DNA from: Escherichia coli
Lineage (GTDB): Bacteria; Pseudomonadota; Gammaproteobacteria; Enterobacterales; Enterobacteriaceae
Reading direction: 5' to 3' (one strand)
Assembly (NCBI RefSeq): GCF_022846255.1
Contig: NZ_AP025682.1
DNA length: 64,000 nt
Under the pieces are notes generated by a model. That model did no database searches. It saw only the letters and a list, made by a program, of their open reading frames with translations, and had not been told where the DNA came from. Positions 20,913-35,503 of the stretch are shown piece by piece. A program made the position numbers and the translations under genes. How positions within the stretch are numbered: position 1 is the first letter of the stretch; each line of letters starts with the position of its first letter.

Positions 20913-22338
20913 TAATGCCAGTCAGTTAAGCAACTGACTGGCTCTTTTTCGGGGCTGTGGGGTATTTCCAGGGCCTCTCCTTTACCACTCTCGGGAAGGC
21001 CCTTTCCCTTCTTGTCGGTAATTTCACAAGTTGTCCCATACTTGCAAGATCGCGCATCAGCTCCGGTATACGTCCCGGTGAAGCGCCCTGCAATGTCATC
21101 AGCATTCTCATCACCATTCCACATGATTCTGAGAAACTCAGTTGATTCGGCCAGTAACCTTTCAGATGTTCCGCCATTTTAATCATCTGATATCTCACCA
21201 GATTATAAGCCAGTAAGACACCCCACAGCTCTTGCTCCACAAGCTCCGGTTTTTTACTTCTCAGCGTCAGCCTGCTCAGTTGCATCGTCTGTTTTATCTC
21301 CCTGTATCCCAGTTCGATTTCCCAGCGATGACTGTACAGATCCGCCATTTCTCCTCCGGGGAAGCGCATGGCGTCCGTCATCGACGTCAGCAGATGGCAG
21401 ACTTTTCCTTTGCGCGTCACGGTCAGCAGGCGGGCTGTCACTTCATTTCCCAGTCCCGGCCACTTTTTTCGTGCCTGCGGGCTGGTTTTCAGCTTCACCA
21501 GATGATCGCCTTTACCCAGTTTTCTGATCTCTTCATATTGCGCTCCCTTTCTGAGAGGTATCATCCAGTGGCGGTGTTCTCCCGCCAGGCTCCAGGCATT
21601 TAACAGTCCCAGTGAGTAATAACCTTTATCCATTAACGTCAGAGTGTTATCGCCGGTTTGTTCTATAAGTTGCTCAGCAAGCTCATTTTCGCTGTTCTTC
21701 ATCGTGCCGAAGGCTGCAGCCGTCAGCAGATGGCTGGTCAGTTCCATCTGGCAGACCATTTTGACCTGCGGGTAGAGCGCCGGGTTCCCGGCATGTGTCT
21801 GGCGGGGGAAGGCTGCATCGTTCTCTGGTGTATCCGGTGTGCGCCAGAACACACCATCGATGGCCAGCAGGGTCAGGCCGCACCAGTGCGGATGCGGCGT
21901 GGCGTTATGCCAGAGCTGCGCTGTTTTCGTGAACACGCGGCGGACAGCCTCACTTCCCAGGCGCTGGCGGGCCTGAATAACGGCACTGGGGGCAACGAAG
22001 GGGCGATTGCCCGGCAGCATGATGTCCAGGCGATTCACAATCTGGTGAAGAGGTTCTTTACGCTCAAGCGCCATGCCAACAATACACCAGACCATCATTT
22101 CGAGGGGAAGACGGCGCTTGCGTAGCGTTACAGTACCTGATTCGGCAAGGCAACGAGAGATGAGTTCGGGGTCGAGGTAATCCCCCAGAGAAGTCAGTGG
22201 GTTACGCAGAGAATCGTAACGGGATACCAGATCAAGAGCCTGTCCAATGTGCATAAAAAAATCCGGAAACAAGTGAGCGTTTCCGGATTCTTACACAGCC
22301 ACTGGATCGGTCAACTGATCCTTAACTGATCGGCATTA
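20913..22338 (-). mobile_element. insertion sequence IS4, 1426 bp, with about 18-bp imperfect terminal inverted repeats
   Basis: ends TAATGCCAGTCAGTTAAG and CTTAACTGATCGGCATTA; single 442-aa transposase ORF; flanked by 12-bp direct repeats. Confidence 0.9.
20926..22254 (-). CDS. insG: IS4 transposase
   Basis: 442 aa from [16 protein letters not shown]; ORF track extends 6 codons upstream. Confidence 0.9.
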   Translation of the reverse strand: MHIGQALDLVSRYDSLRNPLTSLGDYLDPELISRCLAESGTVTLRKRRLPLEMMVWCIVGMALERKEPLHQIVNRLDIMLPGNRPFVAPSAVIQARQRLGSEAVRRVFTKTAQLWHNATPHPHWCGLTLLAIDGVFWRTPDTPENDAAFPRQTHAGNPALYPQVKMVCQMELTSHLLTAAAFGTMKNSENELAEQLIEQTGDNTLTLMDKGYYSLGLLNAWSLAGEHRHWMIPLRKGAQYEEIRKLGKGDHLVKLKTSPQARKKWPGLGNEVTARLLTVTRKGKVCHLLTSMTDAMRFPGGEMADLYSHRWEIELGYREIKQTMQLSRLTLRSKKPELVEQELWGVLLAYNLVRYQMIKMAEHLKGYWPNQLSFSESCGMVMRMLMTLQGASPGRIPELMRDLASMGQLVKLPTRRERAFPRVVKERPWKYPTAPKKSQSVA

Positions 22339-22350
22339 CACCGCAAGGTG
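22339..22350. repeat. IS4 target-site duplication, right copy (caccgcaaggtg)
   Basis: direct repeat of 20901-20912. Confidence 0.85.
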
Positions 22351-22413
22351 CCTTTTTTCTGCGTTACCTGTTGGCCTACACAGTAAAGAAATTACGCGAA
22401 AGATGAAGTGTAA

Positions 22414-22707
<294 letters not shown>

Positions 22708-23083
22708 TTACCGGTGACGCCTTAATAAATACGAGCGCACTTTAGTTAGCTCCGATTGTATGAAGCCGCGCCATCGCTGTCCAGCGGCACGCCTTGCAGA
22801 TTACGGTTTGCCACACTTTTCATCCTTCTCCTGGTGACATAATCCACACCAATCGAAAATGTTAATAAATTTGTTGCGCGAATGATCTAACAAACATGCA
22901 TCATGTACAATCAGATGGAATAAATGGCGCGATAACGCTCATTTTATGACGAAGCACACACATTTTAAGTTCGATATTTCTCGTTTTTGCTCGTTAACGA
23001 TAAGTTTACAGCATGCCTACAAGCATCGTGGAGGTCCGTGACTTTCACGCATACAACAAACATTAACTCTTCAGGATCCGATT

Positions 23084-25460
<2,377 letters not shown>

Positions 25461-25467
25461 TGTAAAT

Positions 25468-25499
25468 GCCGGATGAAGCGTTTATGCCGCATCCGGTAG
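25468..25499. repeat. REP-like palindromic element between glpK and glpX
   Basis: gccggatg...catccggta palindrome. Confidence 0.5.
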
Positions 25500-25594
25500 T
25501 CCTGAATCGTGCGGGGGCAACCCCGCACACATCAATAATCCCGCCCTTCCCCTGTGCTACACTTCGCGCCATTCCTTACTGCTTAGAGTTTGCT

Positions 25595-26605
25595 ATGAGA
25601 CGAGAACTTGCCATCGAATTTTCCCGCGTCACCGAATCAGCGGCGCTGGCTGGCTACAAATGGTTAGGACGCGGCGATAAAAACACCGCGGACGGCGCGG
25701 CGGTAAACGCCATGCGTATTATGCTCAACCAGGTCAACATTGACGGCACCATCGTCATTGGTGAAGGTGAAATCGACGAAGCACCGATGCTCTACATTGG
25801 TGAAAAAGTCGGTACTGGTCGCGGCGACGCGGTAGATATTGCTGTTGATCCGATTGAAGGCACGCGCATGACGGCGATGGGCCAGGCTAACGCGCTGGCG
25901 GTGCTGGCAGTAGGCGATAAAGGCTGTTTCCTCAACGCGCCAGATATGTATATGGAGAAGCTGATCGTCGGACCGGGAGCCAAAGGCACCATTGATCTGA
26001 ACCTGCCGCTGGCGGATAACCTGCGCAATGTTGCGGCGGCGCTCGGCAAACCGTTGAGCGAACTGACGGTAACGATTCTGGCAAAACCGCGCCACGATGC
26101 CGTTATCGCAGAAATGCAGCAACTCGGCGTGCGCGTATTTACTATTCCGGACGGCGACGTTGCAGCCTCAATTCTCACCTGTATGCCAGACAGCGAAGTT
26201 GACGTGCTGTACGGTATTGGTGGCGCGCCGGAAGGCGTGGTTTCTGCGGCGGTGATCCGCGCATTAGATGGTGACATGAACGGTCGTCTGCTGGCGCGTC
26301 ATGACGTCAAAGGCGACAACGAAGAGAATCGTCGCATTGGCGAGCAGGAGCTGGCACGCTGCAAAGCGATGGGCATCGAAGCCGGTAAAGTATTGCGTTT
26401 GGGCGATATGGCGCGCAGCGACAACGTCATCTTTTCTGCCACCGGCATCACCAAAGGTGATCTGCTGGAAGGTATTAGCCGCAAAGGCAATATCGCCACC
26501 ACCGAAACGCTGCTGATCCGTGGTAAATCACGCACCATTCGTCGCATTCAGTCCATCCACTATCTGGATCGTAAAGACCCGGAAATGCAGGTGCACATCC
26601 TCTGA
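25595..26605 (+). CDS. glpX: fructose-1,6-bisphosphatase class II
   Basis: 336 aa from MRRELAIEFSRVTESAALAGYKWLGRGDKN. Confidence 0.95.
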   Translation: MRRELAIEFSRVTESAALAGYKWLGRGDKNTADGAAVNAMRIMLNQVNIDGTIVIGEGEIDEAPMLYIGEKVGTGRGDAVDIAVDPIEGTRMTAMGQANALAVLAVGDKGCFLNAPDMYMEKLIVGPGAKGTIDLNLPLADNLRNVAAALGKPLSELTVTILAKPRHDAVIAEMQQLGVRVFTIPDGDVAASILTCMPDSEVDVLYGIGGAPEGVVSAAVIRALDGDMNGRLLARHDVKGDNEENRRIGEQELARCKAMGIEAGKVLRLGDMARSDNVIFSATGITKGDLLEGISRKGNIATTETLLIRGKSRTIRRIQSIHYLDRKDPEMQVHIL

Positions 26606-26701
26606 TTGATTTGATCGATTGAGCCTTCCAGTCCTTCGGGACTGGAATTTTTTTGTTCGGAGAACGAAGATAAGGCAAGTCAATCAAAACAGGAGAAAAA
26701 C

Positions 26702-27448
26702 ATGGCTGATTGGGTAACAGGCAAAGTCACTAAAGTGCAGAACTGGACCGACGCCCTGTTTAGTCTCACCGTTCACGCTCCCGTGCTTCCGTTTACCGCC
26801 GGGCAATTCACCAAACTTGGCCTTGAAATTGAAGGCGAACGCGTTCAGCGCGCCTACTCCTATGTTAACTCGCCCGATAATCCGGATCTGGAGTTTTACC
26901 TGGTCACCGTCCCCGATGGCAAATTAAGTCCACGACTGGCGGCACTGAAACCGGGCGATGAAGTGCAGGTGGTTAGCGAAGCCGCTGGCTTCTTTGTGCT
27001 GGATGAAGTACCAGATTGCGAAACGCTATGGATGCTGGCAACCGGTACAGCGATTGGCCCTTATTTATCGATTCTGCAATTGGGCAAAGATTTAGAACGC
27101 TTCAAAAACATGGTGCTGGTTCACGCCGCACGATATGCCGCCGACTTAAGCTATCTACCTCTGATGCAGGAACTGGAAAAACGCTACGAGGGGAAACTGC
27201 GCATTCAGACGGTGGTCAGTCGGGAAACGGCTGTGGGTTCGCTCACTGGGCGATTACCGGCGTTAATTGAAAGTGGTGAACTGGAAAGCGCGGTTGGCCT
27301 GCCGATGAATAAAGAAACCAGCCATGTGATGCTGTGCGGCAATCCACAGATGGTGCGCGATACACAACAGTTGCTGAAGGAGACCCGGCAGATGACGAAA
27401 CATTTACGTCGCCGACCGGGCCATATGACAGCGGAGCATTACTGGTAA
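26702..27448 (+). CDS. fpr: ferredoxin/flavodoxin-NADP+ reductase
   Basis: 248 aa, MADWVTGKVTKVQNWTDALFSL. Confidence 0.95.
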   Translation: MADWVTGKVTKVQNWTDALFSLTVHAPVLPFTAGQFTKLGLEIEGERVQRAYSYVNSPDNPDLEFYLVTVPDGKLSPRLAALKPGDEVQVVSEAAGFFVLDEVPDCETLWMLATGTAIGPYLSILQLGKDLERFKNMVLVHAARYAADLSYLPLMQELEKRYEGKLRIQTVVSRETAVGSLTGRLPALIESGELESAVGLPMNKETSHVMLCGNPQMVRDTQQLLKETRQMTKHLRRRPGHMTAEHYW

Positions 27449-27452
27449 GCGG

Positions 27453-27881
27453 TTACTTGTCGATAAACGGCACGATCAAGAGATCCGCACTCAACTTATT
27501 GATCATCCCGCGATATGCCGGCATCAAACGGTTGATAAATGAGTGGTGATGACCACAGACAAGGAGGTCGCACTGCTCTTTTTGCATAATTTCCAGCAGT
27601 GTTTCCGGCATTTCTCCGCGTTCAATACGCAGTTTTGTCTTCGGCCATTGAATATTTTTCGTCAGTTTATACAGCTTGTTATCCGACTTATTCTTCAACA
27701 ATTGAAGAATATCTTCTGTTGCAGGGAAGTAGATACCCGGATACAACTCGCTTAAGCCATCATCAATATGAATTAACGTCAGGTGAGCGTCATTATGTCT
27801 GGCGAGCTCCAGGGCTTTATTCACCAGTAAGGCATCTTCTTCATTCCCGGAAATTGCCACGCCAATGTGTTTATAAGCCAT
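27453..27881 (-). CDS. uspD: universal stress protein D
   Basis: 142 aa, [27 protein letters not shown]. Confidence 0.9.
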   Translation of the reverse strand: MAYKHIGVAISGNEEDALLVNKALELARHNDAHLTLIHIDDGLSELYPGIYFPATEDILQLLKNKSDNKLYKLTKNIQWPKTKLRIERGEMPETLLEIMQKEQCDLLVCGHHHSFINRLMPAYRGMINKLSADLLIVPFIDK

Positions 27882-27907
27882 GTTTAACTCCTTCTAAAGC
27901 AACTCCA

Positions 27908-28207
27908 TCAAGCTAACGAACGCAGTGATAACTCAAAAATAATCATCTCGGCCTGGCATGAGAAGGTGAAGGCCGCATCAAGCTCAACTTGCCCTTCCAG
28001 ATCCTTAATCTTATAGGCCACGCTGGCCCCTTCATCTGCAGAGGATGCAGCGGCGGCAAGCTCTTTCAGTTTGGTCATAAAGGACTCTGCTTCTTCGCGG
28101 GTGGCAAAAAAGCGCGAAAACTTACTGGTACAGTTGTCGTTATCAATCACCGTACCGATATCAATCGCACATCCTTTAGTACTGCATTTATCTACGACAT
28201 CTTTCAT
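27908..28207 (-). CDS. yiiS: DUF406 family protein YiiS
   Basis: 99 aa; position and length. Confidence 0.8.
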   Translation of the reverse strand: MKDVVDKCSTKGCAIDIGTVIDNDNCTSKFSRFFATREEAESFMTKLKELAAAASSADEGASVAYKIKDLEGQVELDAAFTFSCQAEMIIFELSLRSLA

Positions 28208-28418
28208 AGGGCACCTCTGTATATTCGCCTCTCTGTCGATTACGACTTAAGAATAATGCGCCGTTAAAGGAAGAACAAACAAGTAATGATCTTATGGATT
28301 ACCATTTTTTTTGATATTGCTTAAGGTGAAGAGTTCAGAAGGATTTTCCGGGCATTGTCACTTGCATCGTGGAAATAACAATCCCGGAAAAAAATAGCGA
28401 TAAGAGATATATTAAAGG

Positions 28419-28859
28419 TTAATTACTTGATTTATTGTCGGCTTTATACTTCACATCCTGGGTATCTTTACCATATTTATTTTCGCCTTGTGTGCCAACA
28501 AACGCACCAAGATCGATAAGCATCATCACCAGAATCAATGTCGGGACAAAACGCCCCACCGCCCATTGCCAGACACCCGGTAAAATTGCCCAGTTACCCG
28601 CCAGCAGCATCCACGCCACAATCATCAGAAATGCCCATGCGCCGGAACGCCCGCGATCATGCAAGCGCTTAACGGTTACTGCCGCTGTTGGCCAAAGCAA
28701 GCACACAAGGCAAAACGCCGCGGTCTGAATATCGAGTAAATTTTTACCCGCCAGTGAGAAAAGCACCAGCATGCCTGCGAACCACAGGCCTATCCAAATC
28801 CAGAAATCACGGCGTCCAATACGCCCTTTAAATGAGAATAACCATTGCTGTATGGTCAT
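28419..28859 (-). CDS. yiiR: DUF805 inner membrane protein YiiR
   Basis: 146 aa, multiple TM helices. Confidence 0.8.
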   Translation of the reverse strand: MTIQQWLFSFKGRIGRRDFWIWIGLWFAGMLVLFSLAGKNLLDIQTAAFCLVCLLWPTAAVTVKRLHDRGRSGAWAFLMIVAWMLLAGNWAILPGVWQWAVGRFVPTLILVMMLIDLGAFVGTQGENKYGKDTQDVKYKADNKSSN

Positions 28860-28959
28860 GTAAGTTCCTTGATGGTTGTCTTTTCCAGGATTCTACCCTT
28901 TTGACAAGGGCGACAGATATCGTTTTAATCGGAGCCAGTCATAACAAAAGGTACTGTCA

Positions 28960-29559
28960 ATGAAGCCAGGGTGTACGCTGTTTTTTCTCTTATGTTCTGC
29001 ATTAACCGTTACAACAACGGCGCATGCACAAACACCAGATACGGCAACGACCGCGCCTTATCTGCTGGCTGGAGCCCCTACTTTCGATCTCTCCATCAGC
29101 CAGTTTCGAGAAGACTTTAACAGCCAGAATCCCAGCCTGCCACTGAACGAATTTCGTGCCATCGACAGCAGTCCCGACAAAGCCAATCTCACTCGTGCAG
29201 CAAGTAAAATTAACGAGAACTTGTATGCTTCTACTGCACTGGAGCGCGGTACCTTAAAAATCAAAAGCATTCAAATAACCTGGCTACCCATCCAGGGGCC
29301 AGAGCAAAAAGCCGCGAAAGCGAAAGCTCAGGCATACATGGCAGCGGTGATCCGCACACTCACCCCATTAATGACCAAAACTCAAAGCCAGAAAAAACTG
29401 CAGTCGCTACTAACGGCGGGGAAAAACAAACGTTATTACACCGAGACAGAAGGTGCACTGCGTTATGTTGTCGCGGACAACGGCGAAAAGGGGCTGACCT
29501 TCGCTGTTGAACCGATTAAGCTGGCGCTATCTGAATCGCTTGAAGGTTTGAATAAATGA
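28960..29559 (+). CDS. yiiQ: DUF1454 periplasmic protein YiiQ
   Basis: 199 aa with signal peptide. Confidence 0.8.
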   Translation: MKPGCTLFFLLCSALTVTTTAHAQTPDTATTAPYLLAGAPTFDLSISQFREDFNSQNPSLPLNEFRAIDSSPDKANLTRAASKINENLYASTALERGTLKIKSIQITWLPIQGPEQKAAKAKAQAYMAAVIRTLTPLMTKTQSQKKLQSLLTAGKNKRYYTETEGALRYVVADNGEKGLTFAVEPIKLALSESLEGLNK

Positions 29560-29666
29560 CAAAAAGCAAAGCCTTTGTGCCGATGAATCTCTATACTGTT
29601 TCACAGACCTGCTGCCCTGCGGGGCGGCCATCTTCCTTTATTCGCTTATAAGCGTGGAGAATTAAA

Positions 29667-30434
29667 ATGCGACATCCTTTAGTGATGGGTAACTGGAAAC
29701 TGAACGGCAGCCGCCACATGGTTCACGAGCTGGTTTCTAACCTGCGTAAAGAGCTGGCAGGTGTTGCTGGCTGTGCGGTTGCAATCGCACCACCGGAAAT
29801 GTACATCGATATGGCGAAGCGTGAAGCTGAAGGCAGCCACATCATGCTGGGTGCGCAAAACGTGGACCTGAACCTGTCCGGCGCATTCACCGGTGAAACC
29901 TCTGCTGCTATGCTGAAAGACATCGGCGCACAGTACATCATCATCGGCCACTCTGAACGTCGTACTTACCACAAAGAATCTGACGAACTGATCGCGAAAA
30001 AATTCGCGGTGCTGAAAGAGCAGGGTCTGACTCCGGTTCTGTGCATCGGTGAAACCGAAGCGGAAAACGAAGCGGGCAAAACTGAAGAAGTTTGTGCACG
30101 TCAGATCGACGCGGTACTGAAAACTCAGGGTGCTGCGGCATTCGAAGGTGCGGTTATCGCTTACGAACCTGTATGGGCAATCGGTACTGGCAAATCTGCA
30201 ACTCCGGCTCAGGCACAGGCTGTTCACAAATTCATCCGTGACCACATTGCTAAAGTTGACGCTAACATCGCTGAACAAGTGATCATTCAGTACGGCGGCT
30301 CTGTAAACGCGTCTAACGCTGCAGAACTGTTTGCTCAGCCAGACATCGACGGCGCGCTGGTTGGCGGTGCTTCTCTGAAAGCTGACGCTTTCGCCGTGAT
30401 CGTTAAAGCTGCAGAAGCGGCTAAACAGGCTTAA
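29667..30434 (+). CDS. tpiA: triosephosphate isomerase
   Basis: 255 aa, [34 protein letters not shown]. Confidence 0.95.
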
Positions 30435-30488
30435 GTCTGACAGGTGCCGGATTTCATATCCGGCACTTACTTTCCTAAACTCCTCGCC

Positions 30489-31244
30489 TTAACGCAAAAT
30501 CTCACACTGATGATCCTGGATTTCCTCGGCTGAAGCACGGTTCAGCGTCAGTAGATTTCGTTGTGTCGCCAGCAATACAAATGAGTTATCACTCTGCCGT
30601 ACCATCGCCAGCCCGTAGCTTCCCATATGTTCCCGCGCCTCAGGCACTTCTTCCGCCAGCATCATAAATGGGCTGCGTTGTACCAGTTCGCTTTCCGTTA
30701 CCCGACGCACCAGGTACTCATGCCCACGCAAACCACCTGGCAGTGGCAACCAGCGGCTACTGATGTTCGCCAGATTGTTATCCAGCTGTTCGCGCACATC
30801 AGGACGAATACAAGAAATATGAATATGAAAATGGTTTTGCGTACGCCCGGTGCGGGAGTTGATCGCCAGAGATACCGCGCGATCGGGAACAGGCTGGCCG
30901 TATTTTTGGCTCATAAAATCACGCGCCTGCCAGGCTAACCAGAAAAAATTAGGCGTTGACGGATCGGTCAACAATGGGCTTTCAGTACCGTTAATACGGT
31001 ACGTTGGCATCAACAGATATTGCAGTGGGCCATGACGATCTTTTAAAACCACGTATCCGGCGTTGGGTTTGACTTCCGCACATGGCGACGGGTTTTGGTT
31101 TTCCTGCTGGTTGGGCAAACATTGCTCAAGAACAATCTTACGTAACGTGTCTGACTCTTCACCGGTTAATTTCCAGTAACCAATACCGGCAGCCACAACG
31201 GCGATAACTATCATCACCAAAAAAAGAAGACCCGCTTTTTTCAT
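30489..31244 (-). CDS. cdh: CDP-diacylglycerol pyrophosphatase
   Basis: 251 aa from [20 protein letters not shown]; ORF track extends 64 codons upstream. Confidence 0.9.
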   Translation of the reverse strand: MKKAGLLFLVMIVIAVVAAGIGYWKLTGEESDTLRKIVLEQCLPNQQENQNPSPCAEVKPNAGYVVLKDRHGPLQYLLMPTYRINGTESPLLTDPSTPNFFWLAWQARDFMSQKYGQPVPDRAVSLAINSRTGRTQNHFHIHISCIRPDVREQLDNNLANISSRWLPLPGGLRGHEYLVRRVTESELVQRSPFMMLAEEVPEAREHMGSYGLAMVRQSDNSFVLLATQRNLLTLNRASAEEIQDHQCEILR

Positions 31245-31350
31245 CTTTTTTTCCCTGTACCTCAAAGAGATGCAAGGGTAACGCAAAATCGTGACAAATA
31301 AAAAACCCAGTCGCGAGAAACCACCGGGCTTGATAATTATCCTGGGGAAA

Positions 31351-32340
31351 TCAGCGTTTGCTGATCTGATCGAACGTACCGCCGTTAGCAAAATGCTCTT
31401 TTTGCGCTTTCGTCCAGCCGCCGAACTCTTCATCAATGGTGAATAACTTCAATTTTGGAAACGCATTTTCGTACTTTTTCGCTACCTCAGCGTCGCGCGG
31501 ACGGTAGTAGTTTTTCGCTGCAATTTCCTGACCTTCTGGCGAGTAGAGATATTTCAGGTAGGCTTCCGCCACCTCTTTGGTGTCTTTTTTCTCGACCACT
31601 TTATCGACCACCGACACGGTTGGCTCTGCGAGGATAGACTCACTCGGCGTGACGATTTCGAATTTATCTTTCCCCAGTTCATTCGCTGCCAGCAGAGCTT
31701 CATTTTCCCAGGCAATCAGTACATCGCCAATTCCGCGCTCGACAAAAGTGTTAGTGGATCCGCGCGCGCCAGAATCCAGAACTTCGACGTTTTTATACAG
31801 TGCCCGAACAAAATCCTGTGCTTTTGCCTGATCGTTGTTGTTGTGATGCAGCGCGTAGCCCCAGGCTGCCAGGTAATTCCAGCGCGCGCCACCAGAGCTT
31901 TTCGGATTAGGCGTGATCACCGAAACACCCGGTTTAATCAGATCGTTCCAGTCATGGATCTGCTTCGGATTACCCTTACGTACCAGGAAAACAATGGTGG
32001 AAGTGTACGGTGCGGAGTTATCCGGCAGACGTTTGATCCACTCTTTATCAATCCGCCCGCGTTCCGCAATCGCGTCCACGTCATAGGCCAGAGCCAGCGT
32101 GACAACATCAGCTTCAATACCGTTGATTACCGACGTCGCTTGTTTGCCTGAACCACCGTGTGACTGACGAATCACCACGTTATCGCCAGTTTGCTGTTTC
32201 CAGTGGGCGCTGAATGCCTTGTTGTACTGTTCGTACAATTCGCGCGTTGGATCATATGAAACGTTAAGAAGCTGAATATCCTTTGCCATAACGCTGGTTG
32301 CCGCCAGCAAAAATGTTAACCCTACGCCCCACTTTTTCAT
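31351..32340 (-). CDS. sbp: sulfate/thiosulfate-binding periplasmic protein
   Basis: 329 aa, [34 protein letters not shown]. Confidence 0.95.
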   Translation of the reverse strand: MKKWGVGLTFLLAATSVMAKDIQLLNVSYDPTRELYEQYNKAFSAHWKQQTGDNVVIRQSHGGSGKQATSVINGIEADVVTLALAYDVDAIAERGRIDKEWIKRLPDNSAPYTSTIVFLVRKGNPKQIHDWNDLIKPGVSVITPNPKSSGGARWNYLAAWGYALHHNNNDQAKAQDFVRALYKNVEVLDSGARGSTNTFVERGIGDVLIAWENEALLAANELGKDKFEIVTPSESILAEPTVSVVDKVVEKKDTKEVAEAYLKYLYSPEGQEIAAKNYYRPRDAEVAKKYENAFPKLKLFTIDEEFGGWTKAQKEHFANGGTFDQISKR

Positions 32341-32505
32341 CGCCCGACTCTCTTATGTTGTGTTGTGATGAGCAAAGCGTGCCAGAAGGTTGACCAAACA
32401 TTAAAGAATAAAAAAAGATTGGCTATAACTTGCGAGTATATGTTGGGGGATTAAAAAGGCGGAAGAAATCCGCCTCATATTGCTGACAAAGTGCGCTTTG
32501 TCCAT

Positions 32506-32604
32506 GCCGGATGCGGCACAAACGCCTTATCCGGCCTACAAAAGTTTGCAAATTCAATAGATTACAGAATTCATGTAGGCCTGATAAGCGAAGCGCATCA
32601 GGCC
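32506..32604. repeat. pair of inverted REP elements (BIME) between sbp and pfkA
   Basis: gccggatgcggcacaaacgccttatccggcctac and gtaggcctgataagcgaagcgcatcaggcc. Confidence 0.8.
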
Positions 32605-32659
32605 TTTTTGCTTCTGTCATCGGTTTCAGGCTAAAGGAATCTGCCTTTTTCCGAAATCA

Positions 32660-33622
32660 TTAATACAGTTTTTTCGCGCAGTCCAGCCAGTCGCCTTTGA
32701 ACGGACGCTTCATGTTTTCGATAGCGTCGATGATGTCGTGGTGAACCAGCTGTTCGTTCTGGATACCTACGCAACGACCACCGTAACCTGCCAGCAGCAG
32801 CTCGATAGCGTAAGCGCCCATACGGGAAGCCAGAATACGGTCGTAAGGCACCGGAGAACCACCGCGCTGGATGTGGCCCAGCACAGTTGCGCGGGTTTCA
32901 CGGCCGGTTTCTTTCTCGATGAAATGCGCCAGTTCGTCAACATCACACATATGTTCGGTAATCGCCACGATCGCGTGTTTTTTACCTTTCGCGATACCCG
33001 CTTTGATTTCGTTTACCAGGTCTTCACGGCTGAATTCAACTTCCGGAACCACAACGAATTCACAGCCACCGGCAATGGCCGCAGCCAACGTCAGATCGCC
33101 ACAATAACGGCCCATCACTTCCACCACGGAAATACGCTGGTGAGAAGAAGAGGTGTCACGCAGACGGTCGATCGCTTCTACAACGGTGCTCAGCGCAGTG
33201 AAGAAACCGATCGTGTAGTCAGTGCCTTTGATGTCGTTGTCGATAGTGCCCGGCAGGCCGATGCACGGGAAGCCCATTTCGGTCAGACGCATTGCACCCA
33301 TGTAGGAACCGTCACCGCCGATAACCACCAGCGCGTCGATCCCACGTTTTTTCAGGTTTTCGATAGCCACGGCGCGGATGTTCTCGTCGCGGAATTCCGG
33401 GAAACGCGCAGAACCGAGGAACGTACCACCACGGTTGATCATGTCAGAAACGCTGTAACGGTCTAGCTGTACCATACGGTCTTCATACAGACCCAGATAG
33501 CCGTCATAAATGCCCATTACTTCCAGACCTTCTGTCAGCGCAGAACGAACAACCCCGCGAATTGCGGCGTTCATGCCTGGCGCATCACCGCCGCTTGTCA
33601 ACACACCGATTTTCTTAATCAT
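32660..33622 (-). CDS. pfkA: 6-phosphofructokinase I
   Basis: 320 aa from [23 protein letters not shown]. Confidence 0.95.
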   Translation of the reverse strand: MIKKIGVLTSGGDAPGMNAAIRGVVRSALTEGLEVMGIYDGYLGLYEDRMVQLDRYSVSDMINRGGTFLGSARFPEFRDENIRAVAIENLKKRGIDALVVIGGDGSYMGAMRLTEMGFPCIGLPGTIDNDIKGTDYTIGFFTALSTVVEAIDRLRDTSSSHQRISVVEVMGRYCGDLTLAAAIAGGCEFVVVPEVEFSREDLVNEIKAGIAKGKKHAIVAITEHMCDVDELAHFIEKETGRETRATVLGHIQRGGSPVPYDRILASRMGAYAIELLLAGYGGRCVGIQNEQLVHHDIIDAIENMKRPFKGDWLDCAKKLY

Positions 33623-33802
33623 GACTACCTCTGAACTTTGGAATGCAAAATGAAATCTGTTGCCGGAAGTCTTCTTGCACATCGAAGTGATCCAACGAAT
33701 GTGCAAATAGTATAACAATCACTTCCTGCTGAATTGATTCAGGTCAGGCCAAATGGCGGTATTTTATACACAAAATGCGGGTCTGGCTCTCTTTTATACT
33801 GA

Positions 33803-34705
33803 TTATGAAAGCATAGACCGTTTACCCTCCCTGGGTACGACGGAACAGGGGTCCTGATGGATAATCACATCCGATCCCGGAAAACGCCGTAAAATAGCCT
33901 GCTCTACCTGATCCGCCACCATATGTGCCTGAACCAAAGGCAGAGAGTCTTCCATTTCCAAATGAATCTGAATAAAGCGGGTCGGCCCTGACTGCCGCGT
34001 GCGAAGATCGTGAGCGCCGCTAACACCCGGCCAGGAAGTCACGATATCAATAATTTCTTGCCGTTCCTCATCAGGCAATGCGCGATCCAGTAATGACTGT
34101 ACCGCCTCATATCCCATGCGTAACGCGCTATATAAAATATAGATGCCGATCCCCAATGCAAACAGAGCATCGGCGCGATGCCAGCCGTACCAGGACAACC
34201 CCAGCGCCAGCAGAATTGCGCCGTTCATCATAACATCAGACTGGTAATGTAGCATATCAGCCCGCACCGCCTGGCTTTGCGTCCGGCGCACCACCCAACG
34301 CTGAAACGAGACAAGGATAATCGTACAAATTAGCGCCACAATTGTCACGATAACCCCGACGCCTGGATCTGTCATCGGTGTTGGAGATACCAGATGTTGA
34401 ATACCCGTCAAAAACAGGAATAGTGCCGAACCGGAGATAAACATACTTTGCGCCAGCGCCGCGAGGGACTCAGCTTTACCGTGACCAAACGAGTGATTAT
34501 CGTCGGCAGGTTGCAGGGAATATCGCACCACCAGTAAATTCGTCAACGACGCGCCGATATCCACCAGCGAATCCACCAGCGCGGCGAGAATACTCACCGA
34601 CCCGGTATACCACCATGCAAAAATTTTAATCAGCAATAGCAGCGAAGCCATCGCCGTCGCAGCAATCGCCGCCCGACTGACCAGCCGTCCATAAGATTGA
34701 TTCAT
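33803..34705 (-). CDS. fieF: cation diffusion facilitator Fe/Zn efflux protein
   Basis: 300 aa from [24 protein letters not shown]. Confidence 0.9.
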   Translation of the reverse strand: MNQSYGRLVSRAAIAATAMASLLLLIKIFAWWYTGSVSILAALVDSLVDIGASLTNLLVVRYSLQPADDNHSFGHGKAESLAALAQSMFISGSALFLFLTGIQHLVSPTPMTDPGVGVIVTIVALICTIILVSFQRWVVRRTQSQAVRADMLHYQSDVMMNGAILLALGLSWYGWHRADALFALGIGIYILYSALRMGYEAVQSLLDRALPDEERQEIIDIVTSWPGVSGAHDLRTRQSGPTRFIQIHLEMEDSLPLVQAHMVADQVEQAILRRFPGSDVIIHQDPCSVVPREGKRSMLS

Positions 34706-34786
34706 AAATACTCCCGCTATCAACTGACGGTAGTATAACGGAAGCAAATCATCTGCAATGCATTAAGCAGCAGGCAAATTGAGGAT

Positions 34787-34844
34787 AAAAAAAACCCCCA
34801 CATCATGTGGGGGAAGACAGGGATGGTGTCTATGGCAAGGAAAA
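34787..34844 (-). ncRNA. cpxQ: CpxQ-type sRNA region: cpxP 3' UTR with intrinsic terminator (boundaries approximate)
   Basis: directly downstream of cpxP stop; hairpin cccccacat/atgtggggg followed by eight U; 5' boundary not determined from sequence. Confidence 0.55.
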
Positions 34845-34853
34845 CAGGGTTTA

Positions 34854-35354
34854 CTACTGGGAACGTGAGTTGCTACTACTCAATAGCTTCAACGATGAAC
34901 TTTTTTGCCATTGCGTCACGTCGCGCAACTGCTCCATTCGTTGTTGATGTTTCTCGTTTAAAACCGCTTGCTGCTCCGGCGTTAACAGGCGATACATTTG
35001 GTTGCGGACTTTTGCCATCTCAACCTGACGAGCAATTTGCTCATTCGCCATTTTTTCTGCCTGTGCGCGCACAGCGTTTTCATCAAAATTTTCTGCGGTG
35101 ACAAGGCGATGCATTGTCTCCAGTTCGCTAACATTAACAGGAGGCTGTTCGTGCCGGGCCTGTTGCATAAGATCTCGCATCTGCTGACGCTGATGTTCGG
35201 TTAAACTTATGCCGTCGAACATATGGCTCTGCGTACTGCGCTGCGTAAGTTCTTCACCCGGATGCCAGTTATCGCCTGAACCGACTTCAGCAGCGTGGCT
35301 TAATGAACTGACTGCCAGCGTTGAGGCCATGACGGCAGCGGTAACTATGCGCAT
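34854..35354 (-). CDS. cpxP: periplasmic Cpx pathway regulator CpxP
   Basis: 166 aa from [23 protein letters not shown]; divergent from cpxRA. Confidence 0.9.
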
Positions 35355-35433
35355 CATTTGCTCCCAAAATCTTTCTGTCGCGATTCAACGATAGAGAGTT
35401 TACGATTCAGGCTGCAAACATGCGTCAGGGGGT

Positions 35434-35448
35434 GTAAAACAACGTAAA
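35434..35448. promoter_or_regulatory. CpxR box GTAAA-N5-GTAAA in cpxP-cpxR divergent promoter
   Basis: exact match to CpxR-P tandem pentamer consensus. Confidence 0.7.
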
Positions 35449-35503
35449 GTCATGGATTAGCGACGTCTGATGACGTAATTTCTGCCTCGGAGGTATTTAA
35501 ACA

